This document shows, piece by piece, positions 28,901 to 36,755 of a stretch of DNA of 64,000 nt. This DNA comes from Bdellovibrionota bacterium (GTDB lineage Bacteria > Bdellovibrionota_C > UBA2361 > CALJRW01), in assembly GCA_041740355.1 (NCBI GenBank), contig JBGSMD010000051.1:32001-96000 (forward strand). Reading direction: 5' to 3'. The notes under the pieces are model-generated. The model made no database searches and was not told where the DNA came from. It worked only from the letters and a program-made list of their open reading frames with translations. The number at the start of each line of letters is the position of its first letter. Within the stretch, counting starts at the first letter, position 1. The translations under genes and the position numbers were made by a program.

Positions 28901-31702
28901 GTAAATTTCGATCTGTTAATTATTAATCAAAGTAACGATGGCTATCTTCAAAATATTAATCAAAGTCTAGAACACTTAGTTAAATCTAAATGTGCCGCAA
29001 GTATTATAGAAGCAAAGGCGGGGGTTTTCATCAGGAACTTAAAACAAATTTCTAGTGAAGAATTTTTACTTTTAAAATCGGTGGCCAGGGTAACCTTTAA
29101 TGGCGAAAAAGGTGACCTTGAAAGTCAACTGCAACTTCCAGGAGAACTCTCAAGTTCGCGCGCCGATCGCCGGGGAACTCTGGACTATATATTCAAAGAA
29201 GATCAAGATTTAACCACTAGTCAATTATCTTACAAGCCTTCCGATTTAGAATTTCACAACGGACTTGGTGGTTTTATAGATCAAGGTAAAGCCTATGCTT
29301 TGCAAGTTAAAAGTTCTAATTTAGCACCAGTGCCTTGGATCAATGTGGTAGCTAATCGAAATTTTGGTTTTACAATTTCAGAATCCGGAAGTGGATATAC
29401 TTGGTCAGAAAACTGTCGTGAAAATAGACTGTCTACTTGGAGTAACGATCCCGTTTCCGATCGCCCCAGTGAAGTAGTTTACTTACGAGACATGAACACA
29501 GGTGCTTTTTGGTCGCCAACTCCCTTGCCAATTAGAAGTACCCGATCTTATCAGGTTGAGCACCATCAAGGATATTCAATCTTTAAAACTATCTCAGATC
29601 ATATTTATACGGAACTAATCGTTTCCGGATCGATGACTGAAAATATTAAGTGGTGGAGTATAAAAATTAAGAATCTGGATAGTCGACCTAGACACGTAGA
29701 AGTATACTTATATGTGGAGTGGGTTTTAGGAGTATTACGACATCAAACCCAACCATTTATTAGCACTACGTTTGATCCAAAAAGTGAAATATTAACTGCC
29801 CAAAATTTTTACAATAATGAATTTTCGGAATCAGTTGCGTACTTAGGTTCAAACACTGCATTAAGTTCTTACACAACAAGTAGAACCGAATTTATTGGAC
29901 GTAATCATACTCTTTCATCTCCTGTGATCTTAGAAGACAATGTCTCGCTACCATCACTAGTTAAATTAGCAAAAAAAGCTAACTTCACAAGACTGGTAAA
30001 TCTAAGTAGAGAGACTGGAACTGGGATTGATTCCTGTGGAGCTTTAAAAGTTAATCTTTCCTTGGATCCGAAGGATTTACAAGAGGTAATCTTTTACTTA
30101 GGAGTAGCCAAGAATCTGACTGAAGCACGTAATCAAGCCAAACATCAAGCTAAAGTCAGCTTTAAAGATCATTCGCTTACTTTAGTTAAAGATTATTGGT
30201 CAGAAGCTTCCAATAAAATTCAGATTAAATCTCCTGATCGGAGCTTTGATATCCTCATGAATTCTTGGCTTACTTATCAGTGCTTATCAGCCAGAATCTT
30301 TGGCCGAACTGGTTTTTATCAAAGTGGCGGAGCCTATGGATTCCGAGATCAACTCCAAGATGGGATTGCTTTAGTTCATAGTAAACCAGAAATTACTCGA
30401 GAATTAATTGCGCGCGCTGCTTCCAGACAGTTTGTTGAGGGAGATGTCCAACATTGGTGGCATCCACCAACAGGAAGAGGAATTCGGACAAAAATTTCTG
30501 ACAACTACCTTTGGATGCCTTACATTGCTGCCAAGTATTTAGCAGTGACAGAAGATTATGATTTGCTTGATGAACAAAGTTATTATTTAGAAGGCCCACT
30601 TCTGGCCGAAGGACAATTAAGTTCATATTTCGAACCAAGAGTTTCTGAAAAAAAAGAGTCAATCTATGAGCATTGTTTATTAGCTATTAGAAATGGTTTT
30701 CAAGTTGGCGAACATGGTCTGCCATTAATTGGCGCAGGAGATTGGAATGATGGATTAAATCATGTGGGCCATTTAGGAAAAGGTGAAAGTATTTGGCTTG
30801 CTTGGTTTTTAATTGATATTATAAATAAATGGATTCCGATTGTTAAAACTAGAAGTAGTCAGGAAGTAGTCGAAGAACTTAGTCAAAAATCAACACAGTT
30901 AAAATCGGCATTAGCTGAACACGGTTGGGATGGGCATTGGTATCGTCGAGCTTACTTTGATGATGGCACTCCTGTCGGTAGTGCCGGAGATCCGGAATGT
31001 CAGATCGACTCCATCTCGCAAAGTTGGGCAGTAATTTCGGGTGGTGCTCCTGATGAGCAAGCTCGTGAAGCTATGGATTCACTTTATGAAAAATTAGTGG
31101 ACAGTGAAAATAAATTAATGCCATTGTTACTTCCGCCCTTTGATCAAGGAGAAACAGATCCTGGATATATTAAAGCTTATCCACCTGGAATTAGAGAGAA
31201 TGGTGGTCAATACACGCATGCGGCGACTTGGGCAATTATTGCTAGCGCCATGCTGGGACATGGAAATAAGGCCACTGAATTGTTTTCTATGATCAATCCA
31301 ATTAATCATACTTCCAATTCTCAAGGCGTTAAAAAATATCGTGCCGAGCCTTATGTAACTTGCGGTGATGTCTATTCACAAGCTCCCTATGTGGGTCGAG
31401 CTGGATGGAGTTGGTACACTGGCTCCTGTGGATGGCTATATCAGGCTGGCTTAAATCACATCCTCGGATTTAAAGTTGCTGGGAATAAATTAACAATTAA
31501 TCCATGTATTCCAAAAACCTGGGATAAATTTCAGATTAATTATGAGTATCAGAATACTAAATACATTATTGAAGTAGAGAATCCTTCTGGCGTTGAGACT
31601 GGTATTTTAAAAGTAATCTTAAATGGCTCCGAAGTAGGACAAGAGATAGAGTTATTGGAGAATTTGACGGAGGTACAATCAATAAAAATTTTGATGGGAT
31701 GA
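22958..31702 (+). CDS. ndvB: Cyclic beta-1,2-glucan synthase with C-terminal GH94 phosphorylase-like domains
   Basis: 2914 aa; EWFLDNY, GWERKRGK, TLDTDT, SHDLFEG, RQHRWVRGDWQ, PWGISES, YQSGGAYGFRDQLQD, GDWNDG, RENGGQYTH. Confidence 0.93.
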   Translation: MQNDTKKQMHEDFLSAETPLFEISAGLNSNYRADRPLRSDVLSKEELIQFAANLADGHEIVFFHKEIANIYPRFEDNARVLEESYFILAKGLKENSRLSPAGEWFLDNYHVIEQHIREIRKLLPKKYYRSLPVIKNNKTKHNNPKPRIYILVLALVAHSDSVVDSDLLSAFISSYQEKLALTIGELWALPIMLRLALIENLRRLAISDLKVQDAERKMQGIIDSIIHEGLESPTQILLELAGAIKAQGTLSSSDSASLIRQLREAGPQTALALNWFEQWLTEKGQNIDELLGEEWFSKAANQISIGNSFTSLKSILLINWKKWVEKNSLVDEILKQDPADIYFRCDFETRNRYRSKIEGLARSLKCSEIEVAERLISFIRSKELEITESLKETDKASEKYLHVGFYLIDDGLQSFEQYLGFYSKYQAITKILSKRAFGLYQYSVLLLILTFLFVCIFYLSDLQASLWSISLLGLLLFIPISDLAISVMNWSLTHLVPPNVLVKLDYSSGVPEKSKTLVVVHTIFSNKVSIASQVEFLEVRYLANTDPQIDFAILADYGESSTEVKEEDQDLLDYAIQKIAELNNKYSPEQTKFFLLTRKRVWNTSQNKFLGWERKRGKITELNLLITGDQQTTFIVNVGTAELLRKIKYVLTLDTDTSLPHGTAHRLIGTLAHPLNFAEFDSKLGIVTKGYGILQPRVDISLTSSLASRFSKIFAGEGGVDPYTMAVSDLYQDLFCEGSFVGKGIYNVEVFEKALAGRVPENAILSHDLFEGLFARVGLVTDVELFDEFPKAYQSFARRQHRWVRGDWQLLPWMFRKIPNEKRELVRSPLNGLGYWKLIDNLRRSLMAPSCLALLLLSWFLNFGDPLTVTALILLVISFPVYASLANTVVSPPIGLSLSGYLKDLFKGVLQNLLQVLIIFSTLPVQAWSMVNAISLTVFRLYVSRKNLLDWETASQADARLKSGFLATIFQLFPAIFTGIGTYFLLEISLSPNLNQALPVLLLWTLSPILIYWTSFPPRILKFKLSKDDSLRLNQFALESWKFFEQLANEESNFLIPDNIQLYPQKVTAFRTSPTNIGLHYLSIITAVDLGLITLPNAVYKLTKSLETLNQLERFNGHFFNWYDLKTLIPLEPRYISTVDSGNLVGNLIVLKSACNELYQQPIVSVVRLSKLKQLINNVRHQQSEIKTFAELFNFFDQIEPLRINYTEDVGELSSEMLETIHSVLEFQKLAPLLNGLKEFLKIADSLNDSAIHLAEKLKLSPISSLKDLVPTYQQIILEIEKFNNQNLKFSLQESLDNCLFQIQQIEFIQEVCTKLISEIDFQFLYDKTKKLFYIGYQVSEGKFDTSYYDLLASESRLASLIAIAKRDVPQEHWFSLERPLTRTTSGKVLLSWSGTMFEYLMPVLLTKNFPNTLLNETYRVVVNTQRQYTAGLGIPWGISESAYARVDFEHTYQYRAFGVSGLGLKRGLAEDLVISPYSTFLSLQINPQAALTNLAMLEASGLRGEFGFYEAIDYTPDRLNQKESGHVIKSFMAHHQGMSLLAINNLLNNNIMQERFHSDPLIKSVELLLQEKFPERSPITIPHQAEIGKLKNDDHLLTTDLSELITTPHTVLPRTRILSNGYYNLMIDNAGSGYSFLPENYALTRWQEDSLRNYHGNYIFIKDLHSKKIWSTSYQPTRKEPEIYEVIFNADKIEFKRRDYDIFLHTEITISPEDHTEIRKVTITNLSRRRRNLQLTSFSEIVLNRINADEVHPAYSKLFIESELVEDLDALVFKRRKHAPNEPDLYFLHMLSMNQVWGPTEYETNREAFVGRGRNNNTPMIFDNDEPLSGKTGNVLDPIASLRTRVEIEPNKSETVTFLNIIGRTKEDVVSLAHRYQDPRSIKRSFEMAWSKSNIEFRTAQVSVKRTHLFQHLANALFFQHYKFRAESIIIAKNRLVQANLWRFGISGDLPIVLVKIGDSSHLELVAELLNAHKYLANRSVNFDLLIINQSNDGYLQNINQSLEHLVKSKCAASIIEAKAGVFIRNLKQISSEEFLLLKSVARVTFNGEKGDLESQLQLPGELSSSRADRRGTLDYIFKEDQDLTTSQLSYKPSDLEFHNGLGGFIDQGKAYALQVKSSNLAPVPWINVVANRNFGFTISESGSGYTWSENCRENRLSTWSNDPVSDRPSEVVYLRDMNTGAFWSPTPLPIRSTRSYQVEHHQGYSIFKTISDHIYTELIVSGSMTENIKWWSIKIKNLDSRPRHVEVYLYVEWVLGVLRHQTQPFISTTFDPKSEILTAQNFYNNEFSESVAYLGSNTALSSYTTSRTEFIGRNHTLSSPVILEDNVSLPSLVKLAKKANFTRLVNLSRETGTGIDSCGALKVNLSLDPKDLQEVIFYLGVAKNLTEARNQAKHQAKVSFKDHSLTLVKDYWSEASNKIQIKSPDRSFDILMNSWLTYQCLSARIFGRTGFYQSGGAYGFRDQLQDGIALVHSKPEITRELIARAASRQFVEGDVQHWWHPPTGRGIRTKISDNYLWMPYIAAKYLAVTEDYDLLDEQSYYLEGPLLAEGQLSSYFEPRVSEKKESIYEHCLLAIRNGFQVGEHGLPLIGAGDWNDGLNHVGHLGKGESIWLAWFLIDIINKWIPIVKTRSSQEVVEELSQKSTQLKSALAEHGWDGHWYRRAYFDDGTPVGSAGDPECQIDSISQSWAVISGGAPDEQAREAMDSLYEKLVDSENKLMPLLLPPFDQGETDPGYIKAYPPGIRENGGQYTHAATWAIIASAMLGHGNKATELFSMINPINHTSNSQGVKKYRAEPYVTCGDVYSQAPYVGRAGWSWYTGSCGWLYQAGLNHILGFKVAGNKLTINPCIPKTWDKFQINYEYQNTKYIIEVENPSGVETGILKVILNGSEVGQEIELLENLTEVQSIKILMG

Positions 31703-31730
31703 TGTTTAAGTAAGTAATTCTTAAAACATC

Positions 31731-31750
31731 ACCCCGGGGCACTCGAAGGG
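31731..31750 (-). repeat. REP-like GC-rich hairpin
   Basis: Reverse complement CCCTTCGAGTGCCCCGGGGT resembles the unit at 54169; lies between convergent genes. Confidence 0.5.
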
Positions 31751-31756
31751 AATTAC

Positions 31757-32197
31757 TTAGATGCCACTTGGGTCTAAAATGTTTTCCAAGCGGTCCACGT
31801 GTCCTTCACAAGCGGGAAGCAAATCTTTGGAAATCAGCAGGCGACATTCTGGTTTCAAAAAGTCTTCTTTAATCGCACTTTCGTAGTCACCAATTCCTAA
31901 TAACTCACCTTGTTTTAAGGCGGAGATTGCTACAGAAGTTCCGAGCAGTTTAGCAGATCCTTCAACCAATCTTGCAAAGTCTCCCCAGATTCCTGACTCT
32001 CGATCCGCTTCACCGCCAAGTGCTTGTACGTGCTTCTTAATGGTCATCGCACTTTTTTGATGATCTTTTAAAATATCGCGCAGTTCTTCTTTCCAAGGTT
32101 GCTCGACTAATTCAATCGCCTGAACATAAGTCTCAATTGCCGAGATTTCACCTCTTAACAATTTATTAAATTCGTTAATACAATTTTCATTTTCCAT
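31757..32197 (-). CDS. DUF2383/PA2169-like ferritin-fold protein
   Basis: LLRGEISAIETY, ALKQGE..G..DY. Confidence 0.75.
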   Translation of the reverse strand: MENENCINEFNKLLRGEISAIETYVQAIELVEQPWKEELRDILKDHQKSAMTIKKHVQALGGEADRESGIWGDFARLVEGSAKLLGTSVAISALKQGELLGIGDYESAIKEDFLKPECRLLISKDLLPACEGHVDRLENILDPSGI

Positions 32198-32426
32198 AGA
32201 ATTCTCCTTTAAAATAAAATCAAAAATTTAGTCCCAAAATCTTAGGGAATATAAATGCTAAAGTCCGAGCCTTAAACATCTTTTCCTTTTAGGTCATAAG
32301 TTTTGGGACTCGCTATAAATTTGATTATTATTGATTAAGAAATTAATCGTTATGACTTCTGTCATATATGAAATGAGAACTAAAATGGCTTAAGGCCGCT
32401 AAACTTTCACTCTAAAATAAGGATTG

Positions 32427-33683
32427 TTAGAATTGAGTCCGTAGCAGGGACCAAAAACTATCACTCATCTTTTGAAAACTGGAACGATTTTGCCAATCTT
32501 TAAGGCGAACTTCGCGCGACTCCTGAAGGTCTAACTGAAACTGACGATCAAGTTCGCTAGCAACCTCAGGGTCAAAGAAATTTAAATTTGTTTCATAATT
32601 TAAATGAAAGGAACGATAATCAAAATTCATGGAACCAATAGAACAAAAGTTTTGATCAATTACTAATGATTTAACATGCATCATTGTAGGCAAATATTCG
32701 AAGATCTGTATACCAGCAGCTAACAATAATCCCCATGATGCACGAGAAGCTGCCTTTACTGCTTTGGCATCATTGTGAAATCCGGGCAATAATATTTTAA
32801 CATCCACTCCCCTTCTTCTAGCTGCAATTAACTCATTAATTGCTAATCGATCGGGAACAAAATACCCACTGCTAATAATAATTTTTTTAGTGGCACAAGC
32901 AATCGCAAAGAGAAACATTAAATGAGCACTATCACTCCCCCCTGCTGCCGAACTACTAAATCCTTGTGCCGAGGTAGTACCTTTAGTGATTAGTTTCGGG
33001 AAATACTTCTCACCATGAAGAACAATGGATGAAGTTTTTATCCAATTATCGACAAAAGATGATTGTAAATGTCCGACAACGGGGCCCTCTACCCGAAAAT
33101 GAGTGTCCCTCCAATGGTATGGATTTTCAGCATTACCTTCCCACTTATCAGCGATTCCTACTCCTCCTAAATAACCAGTCTGACCATCAATAATTAGTAG
33201 TTTACGATGGGTGCGATTGTTTAGTCGACCAATTGTATGCCATCTTGGCGGATGAAAGATTTGCACGTTTACTCCGGCATTCTTTAATCGTTTCAGATTT
33301 TTTTTAATTAAATAGGAACCAAACCAATCTATGGTTAAGTGAACTGATATTCCATTTTGAGCTTGGATAGCTAGAGCTTCAGTAAAATCCTCTCCGATTT
33401 TTCCCGATAAATAAATATATGTTTCTAAGCAAATAGAATTTTTTGCTTGTCGAATATCAGCTAACATTGCAGGAAAAATTTCCTTTCCATTGACCAGTGG
33501 AATAATTTTATTTCCCTCTAACAATGGAGGTCTTAATAAAGATCCCAAAGAAATCTTAAATTGTGGGTCAGCGACACCATAAAGATGTTTAATTGTATGA
33601 TAAAGTGCTTTTTCGGAACGTGTAAAATTTAATGTTAATAAGGTAATTAATACAGTGCCGAGTATAATTAGAGCAATGATCAT
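32427..33683 (-). CDS. cls: Cardiolipin synthase (PLD family)
   Basis: Two HKD motifs (HRKLLIID, HVKSLVID), WRDTH, GSMNFDYRS. Confidence 0.9.
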   Translation of the reverse strand: MIIALIILGTVLITLLTLNFTRSEKALYHTIKHLYGVADPQFKISLGSLLRPPLLEGNKIIPLVNGKEIFPAMLADIRQAKNSICLETYIYLSGKIGEDFTEALAIQAQNGISVHLTIDWFGSYLIKKNLKRLKNAGVNVQIFHPPRWHTIGRLNNRTHRKLLIIDGQTGYLGGVGIADKWEGNAENPYHWRDTHFRVEGPVVGHLQSSFVDNWIKTSSIVLHGEKYFPKLITKGTTSAQGFSSSAAGGSDSAHLMFLFAIACATKKIIISSGYFVPDRLAINELIAARRRGVDVKILLPGFHNDAKAVKAASRASWGLLLAAGIQIFEYLPTMMHVKSLVIDQNFCSIGSMNFDYRSFHLNYETNLNFFDPEVASELDRQFQLDLQESREVRLKDWQNRSSFQKMSDSFWSLLRTQF

Positions 33684-34093
33684 TCTTTATTTCCAGAACT
33701 AAAGACAAAAGCTTCTTTATCCGCTCTTTGCCTAATCCAATTTAGTTCCTTACGAAGAGTTTGATTACTTAAAAAATAATTTTTGAGTTTCTTTTTGCTA
33801 GGAAAGGACATCAACATTAGACCAATTAGCATTACTATTATTCCGGGACCTGGGAGAATCAGCATTAGTGCTCCGATAATTATTAATATTACTCCAAGGA
33901 TATTTTTAATAATCAATTTCCATAAAGAACCGGAATTTTCTTTCTTTGATTCCTTTCTAATAAAATAATTTTTAGGTAAAGAAATTATTAAGAGCGGAAA
34001 TAAGATCAAAGAAACAATAAAAACTGAAACTGAAGAAATTAGGATTAATTCAGCATTATCTTCTAAAAGCTTAGTTAGGTATTTAATCGACAT
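33680..34093 (-). CDS. PGPGW-family membrane protein
   Basis: MLILPGPGII motif, TM helices. Confidence 0.8.
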   Translation of the reverse strand: MSIKYLTKLLEDNAELILISSVSVFIVSLILFPLLIISLPKNYFIRKESKKENSGSLWKLIIKNILGVILIIIGALMLILPGPGIIVMLIGLMLMSFPSKKKLKNYFLSNQTLRKELNWIRQRADKEAFVFSSGNKE

Positions 34094-34207
34094 AATAATA
34101 GAGCAGTTAATGTTTATTAATCCTTAATAACTTACTTCCATCTAGAGAACGTGGCGTATGATCCAAATCATTCCGAATTCGTTCTTGTAGGGCTACTATT
34201 GTATGTG

Positions 34208-34343
34208 CAAAAAGTTGTTTCCGTAGGGAATTACTTTTTCGGGGCTTAATATCCATCGGAGGGATAATAAAATCATATAGTTATGACAAAAATTAGAAAG
34301 TTACCTTTTAATATTCGAAAATTAATTTCTGTCATAAATATAT
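34208..34343 (+). repeat. Structured repeat, family B copy 1
   Basis: Three hairpins; 36-bp identical core (34257-34292) with copy 2. Confidence 0.85.
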
Positions 34344-34387
34344 AAAAACCAAACTGGATTTTATAAATTACAGCACAAGATGCAATC

Positions 34388-35179
34388 ATGCCAATTACAA
34401 CAGATAATATTGATTTTGAGAGTACCCTAACTAAAAAATTAACTCTATTCTCATTAAATATCGCTCATGGAAGATGTAATAGCGTTCATCAACTTTTACA
34501 ATCTTCCAATCAAATTCACTTCAACCTAGATCAAATTGCCGAAGTCCTAATTCGCGAATCTCCGGACATCGTTGCTTTGCAAGAAGTTGATTATAATTCT
34601 TTTTGGAATGGCAGATTTGATCACATTACTTACCTCGCTGAAAAAGCGGGCTATCAGTATTATTTTAGCGGAAACCACACAAACCGACTTCAACTTTCAT
34701 ATGGCACTGCTTTGCTTTCAAAATATCCGCTTACAAATCAGGTTTCACTTAACTTGGTAAATTATCGATTACTTCCCGCTAAAGGTCTAGTGTCTGCTAC
34801 GATTCTTGTTAATGACCTAGAAATTGACGTGACCTCGCTCCATCTAGATTTCACTAGTAATCTGCTAAGAAAAAAACAGATTGAACAGTTAACGGAGCAC
34901 CAACAATCAAGAAAGCGAACCTGTATTATTATGGGTGATTTCAATGCAGACTATCAGAGTTCAAATTCTGTGATTCGAAAAATTAGTGAAATTTTAAAAT
35001 TAACTTCCTTTAAGCCCGAGAATAGTTTTGGAGGTACATTTAGATTTACTAAAAAACGTTTGGATTGGATCCTTGTTCCAGAAGAAATACAATTTCTTAG
35101 CTACAGGCATTTAGATGACATACTCTCCGATCACATGGCAATCGTGGCGGATCTTAGCATTAAAGTAAAAGATAATTAG
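34388..35179 (+). CDS. Endonuclease/exonuclease/phosphatase (EEP) family protein
   Basis: SLNIAHG, DIVALQEVD, HLD, MGDFN, LDWI, SDH. Confidence 0.92.
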   Translation: MPITTDNIDFESTLTKKLTLFSLNIAHGRCNSVHQLLQSSNQIHFNLDQIAEVLIRESPDIVALQEVDYNSFWNGRFDHITYLAEKAGYQYYFSGNHTNRLQLSYGTALLSKYPLTNQVSLNLVNYRLLPAKGLVSATILVNDLEIDVTSLHLDFTSNLLRKKQIEQLTEHQQSRKRTCIIMGDFNADYQSSNSVIRKISEILKLTSFKPENSFGGTFRFTKKRLDWILVPEEIQFLSYRHLDDILSDHMAIVADLSIKVKDN

Positions 35180-35311
35180 ATGAAAGTTTAAATCGAAGCA
35201 TAAAAAGAAGAATGTAAATATTCTTTGTGGGTACTAACTCATTCCAGAATTATTACTAAATTCGTATTGGGTAGGATGTTTTAACTTTGGACTTCATGAA
35301 TTATAGAAAGT

Positions 35312-35449
35312 CCAAAAAGTAATTTACGTAAGAAAATTACTTTTGGGGGCTTTCTATCCCCCGGAGGGATAATAAAATCATATAGTTATGACAAAAAAGC
35401 AAATTAATTTATATACTTTTTACGTAATTTATTTTTTGTCATCACTATA
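35312..35449 (+). repeat. Structured repeat, family B copy 2
   Basis: Same three hairpins; identical core at 35362-35397. Confidence 0.85.
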
Positions 35450-35450
35450 A

Positions 35451-36218
35451 CTATAAAAGAGCGTGACTAACTAATTCAACTTTAACCTTAATCGCTGGAT
35501 CAATCATTTCCATAGCTTCTTCAAAATGTCTGATACATTTATTTTCCATTTCAACTTCATGGATATCTCTAGGAATAAAAAGATGCAGAGAATGATGCTT
35601 TCTAGAATATAAAAAGGAAGATGTCAGAAGTTGATAAGATTTTGTTTCTACACCACAGACTATCCTTTCTTGGTTCAGGCAGTCGATGGCATTGTTATGT
35701 GTACTCCAAAGGCTATACCTCGAGGCGTTAACTCCCGTTGTTTCTGAATGATAAAAGACCATTCGAGTACGAGCATTAAATTCTTGCAAGTCCGGTATGC
35801 GGGCTAGAGGAACGTTCTCGGGAAATACCTCACCTGAATTGAAACGAAAGAATTTTAATGCCTGATTAAGTTGATGCAGAGATGGACTAGTATTCTTAGC
35901 TATTTTCGAAAATGTAGCCAAATTTTTAGAACACCAAAGTGCTGTAGTGCAAACAGTGCCTAAAACGATTTCAGTTTTAACATCTGCTGATTCCATCAAA
36001 TATATTTTCACTGCTGCTACAGGATCCTTGGTATCATTAATTAAATTAGTTAAATGTAGAACTTCAGTCTCTTTATCTAACGGAGCATTTTGAATCCTTA
36101 TGACTCCTGCTTTGAGTTGCTCTCCATAGCACAAGATACCGTGCTGAAGGTGAAGATAATGGCCACTGGCTAATTCAGCTTTAAGTTCAAATCTTATTTT
36201 TGCTAATGGCTCGTGCAT
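35451..36218 (-). CDS. Hypothetical protein
   Basis: 255-aa ORF. Confidence 0.6.
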   Translation of the reverse strand: MHEPLAKIRFELKAELASGHYLHLQHGILCYGEQLKAGVIRIQNAPLDKETEVLHLTNLINDTKDPVAAVKIYLMESADVKTEIVLGTVCTTALWCSKNLATFSKIAKNTSPSLHQLNQALKFFRFNSGEVFPENVPLARIPDLQEFNARTRMVFYHSETTGVNASRYSLWSTHNNAIDCLNQERIVCGVETKSYQLLTSSFLYSRKHHSLHLFIPRDIHEVEMENKCIRHFEEAMEMIDPAIKVKVELVSHALL

Positions 36219-36269
36219 TGCCTTTATTTATCATTTTTTGATTTGTTAAGAAAATATTTGAGTACTTAT

Positions 36270-36608
36270 TTAGGATAGGAGAATCTTTTCCAGAAGCGGA
36301 AGATGAAAGGCAAGTTCGTTAGCACTAGTTACCGAATCAAGATATTGTCCTTCCAAAGTTTGGACATTCATAATACTTAGCTTGTTTCCTTCAAAGTGAT
36401 ATCGGGAGAGGCTTTGAACTAAATTGCCGCAGTGCTTAACATTTAAAACTAGCTCTTTACCAAGAGAAGCAACTTGAAAGGACTTATCGGGATCAATAAC
36501 AATCCAATTTTCGGAGGCTTCTATTGCAAATTGCTGCAAACGCTGAAGAGCTTGCGCTGATATGACGGGATGCTGGCTTAAATCTCTTGAGAAAATAATT
36601 AATAACAT
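36270..36608 (-). CDS. Hypothetical protein
   Basis: 112-aa ORF. Confidence 0.5.
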   Translation of the reverse strand: MLLIIFSRDLSQHPVISAQALQRLQQFAIEASENWIVIDPDKSFQVASLGKELVLNVKHCGNLVQSLSRYHFEGNKLSIMNVQTLEGQYLDSVTSANELAFHLPLLEKILLS

Positions 36609-36755
36609 AACTAATAATTATGAACAAAAAACATGTAGTGATACTAATATGGGAGAATCATGCCAGCAATCCAACACAACAGAAGCTTCGGTTATAGTAT
36701 GTCGGCTAAGGTGCAATTAGAATAAACTCAGTTTAATAAATAAAATGAGATTATT

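Noticed and set aside
24114-31324. Short minus-strand ORFs inside ndvB (and similar ones inside other long genes)
   Set aside because: Antisense shadows with no motifs
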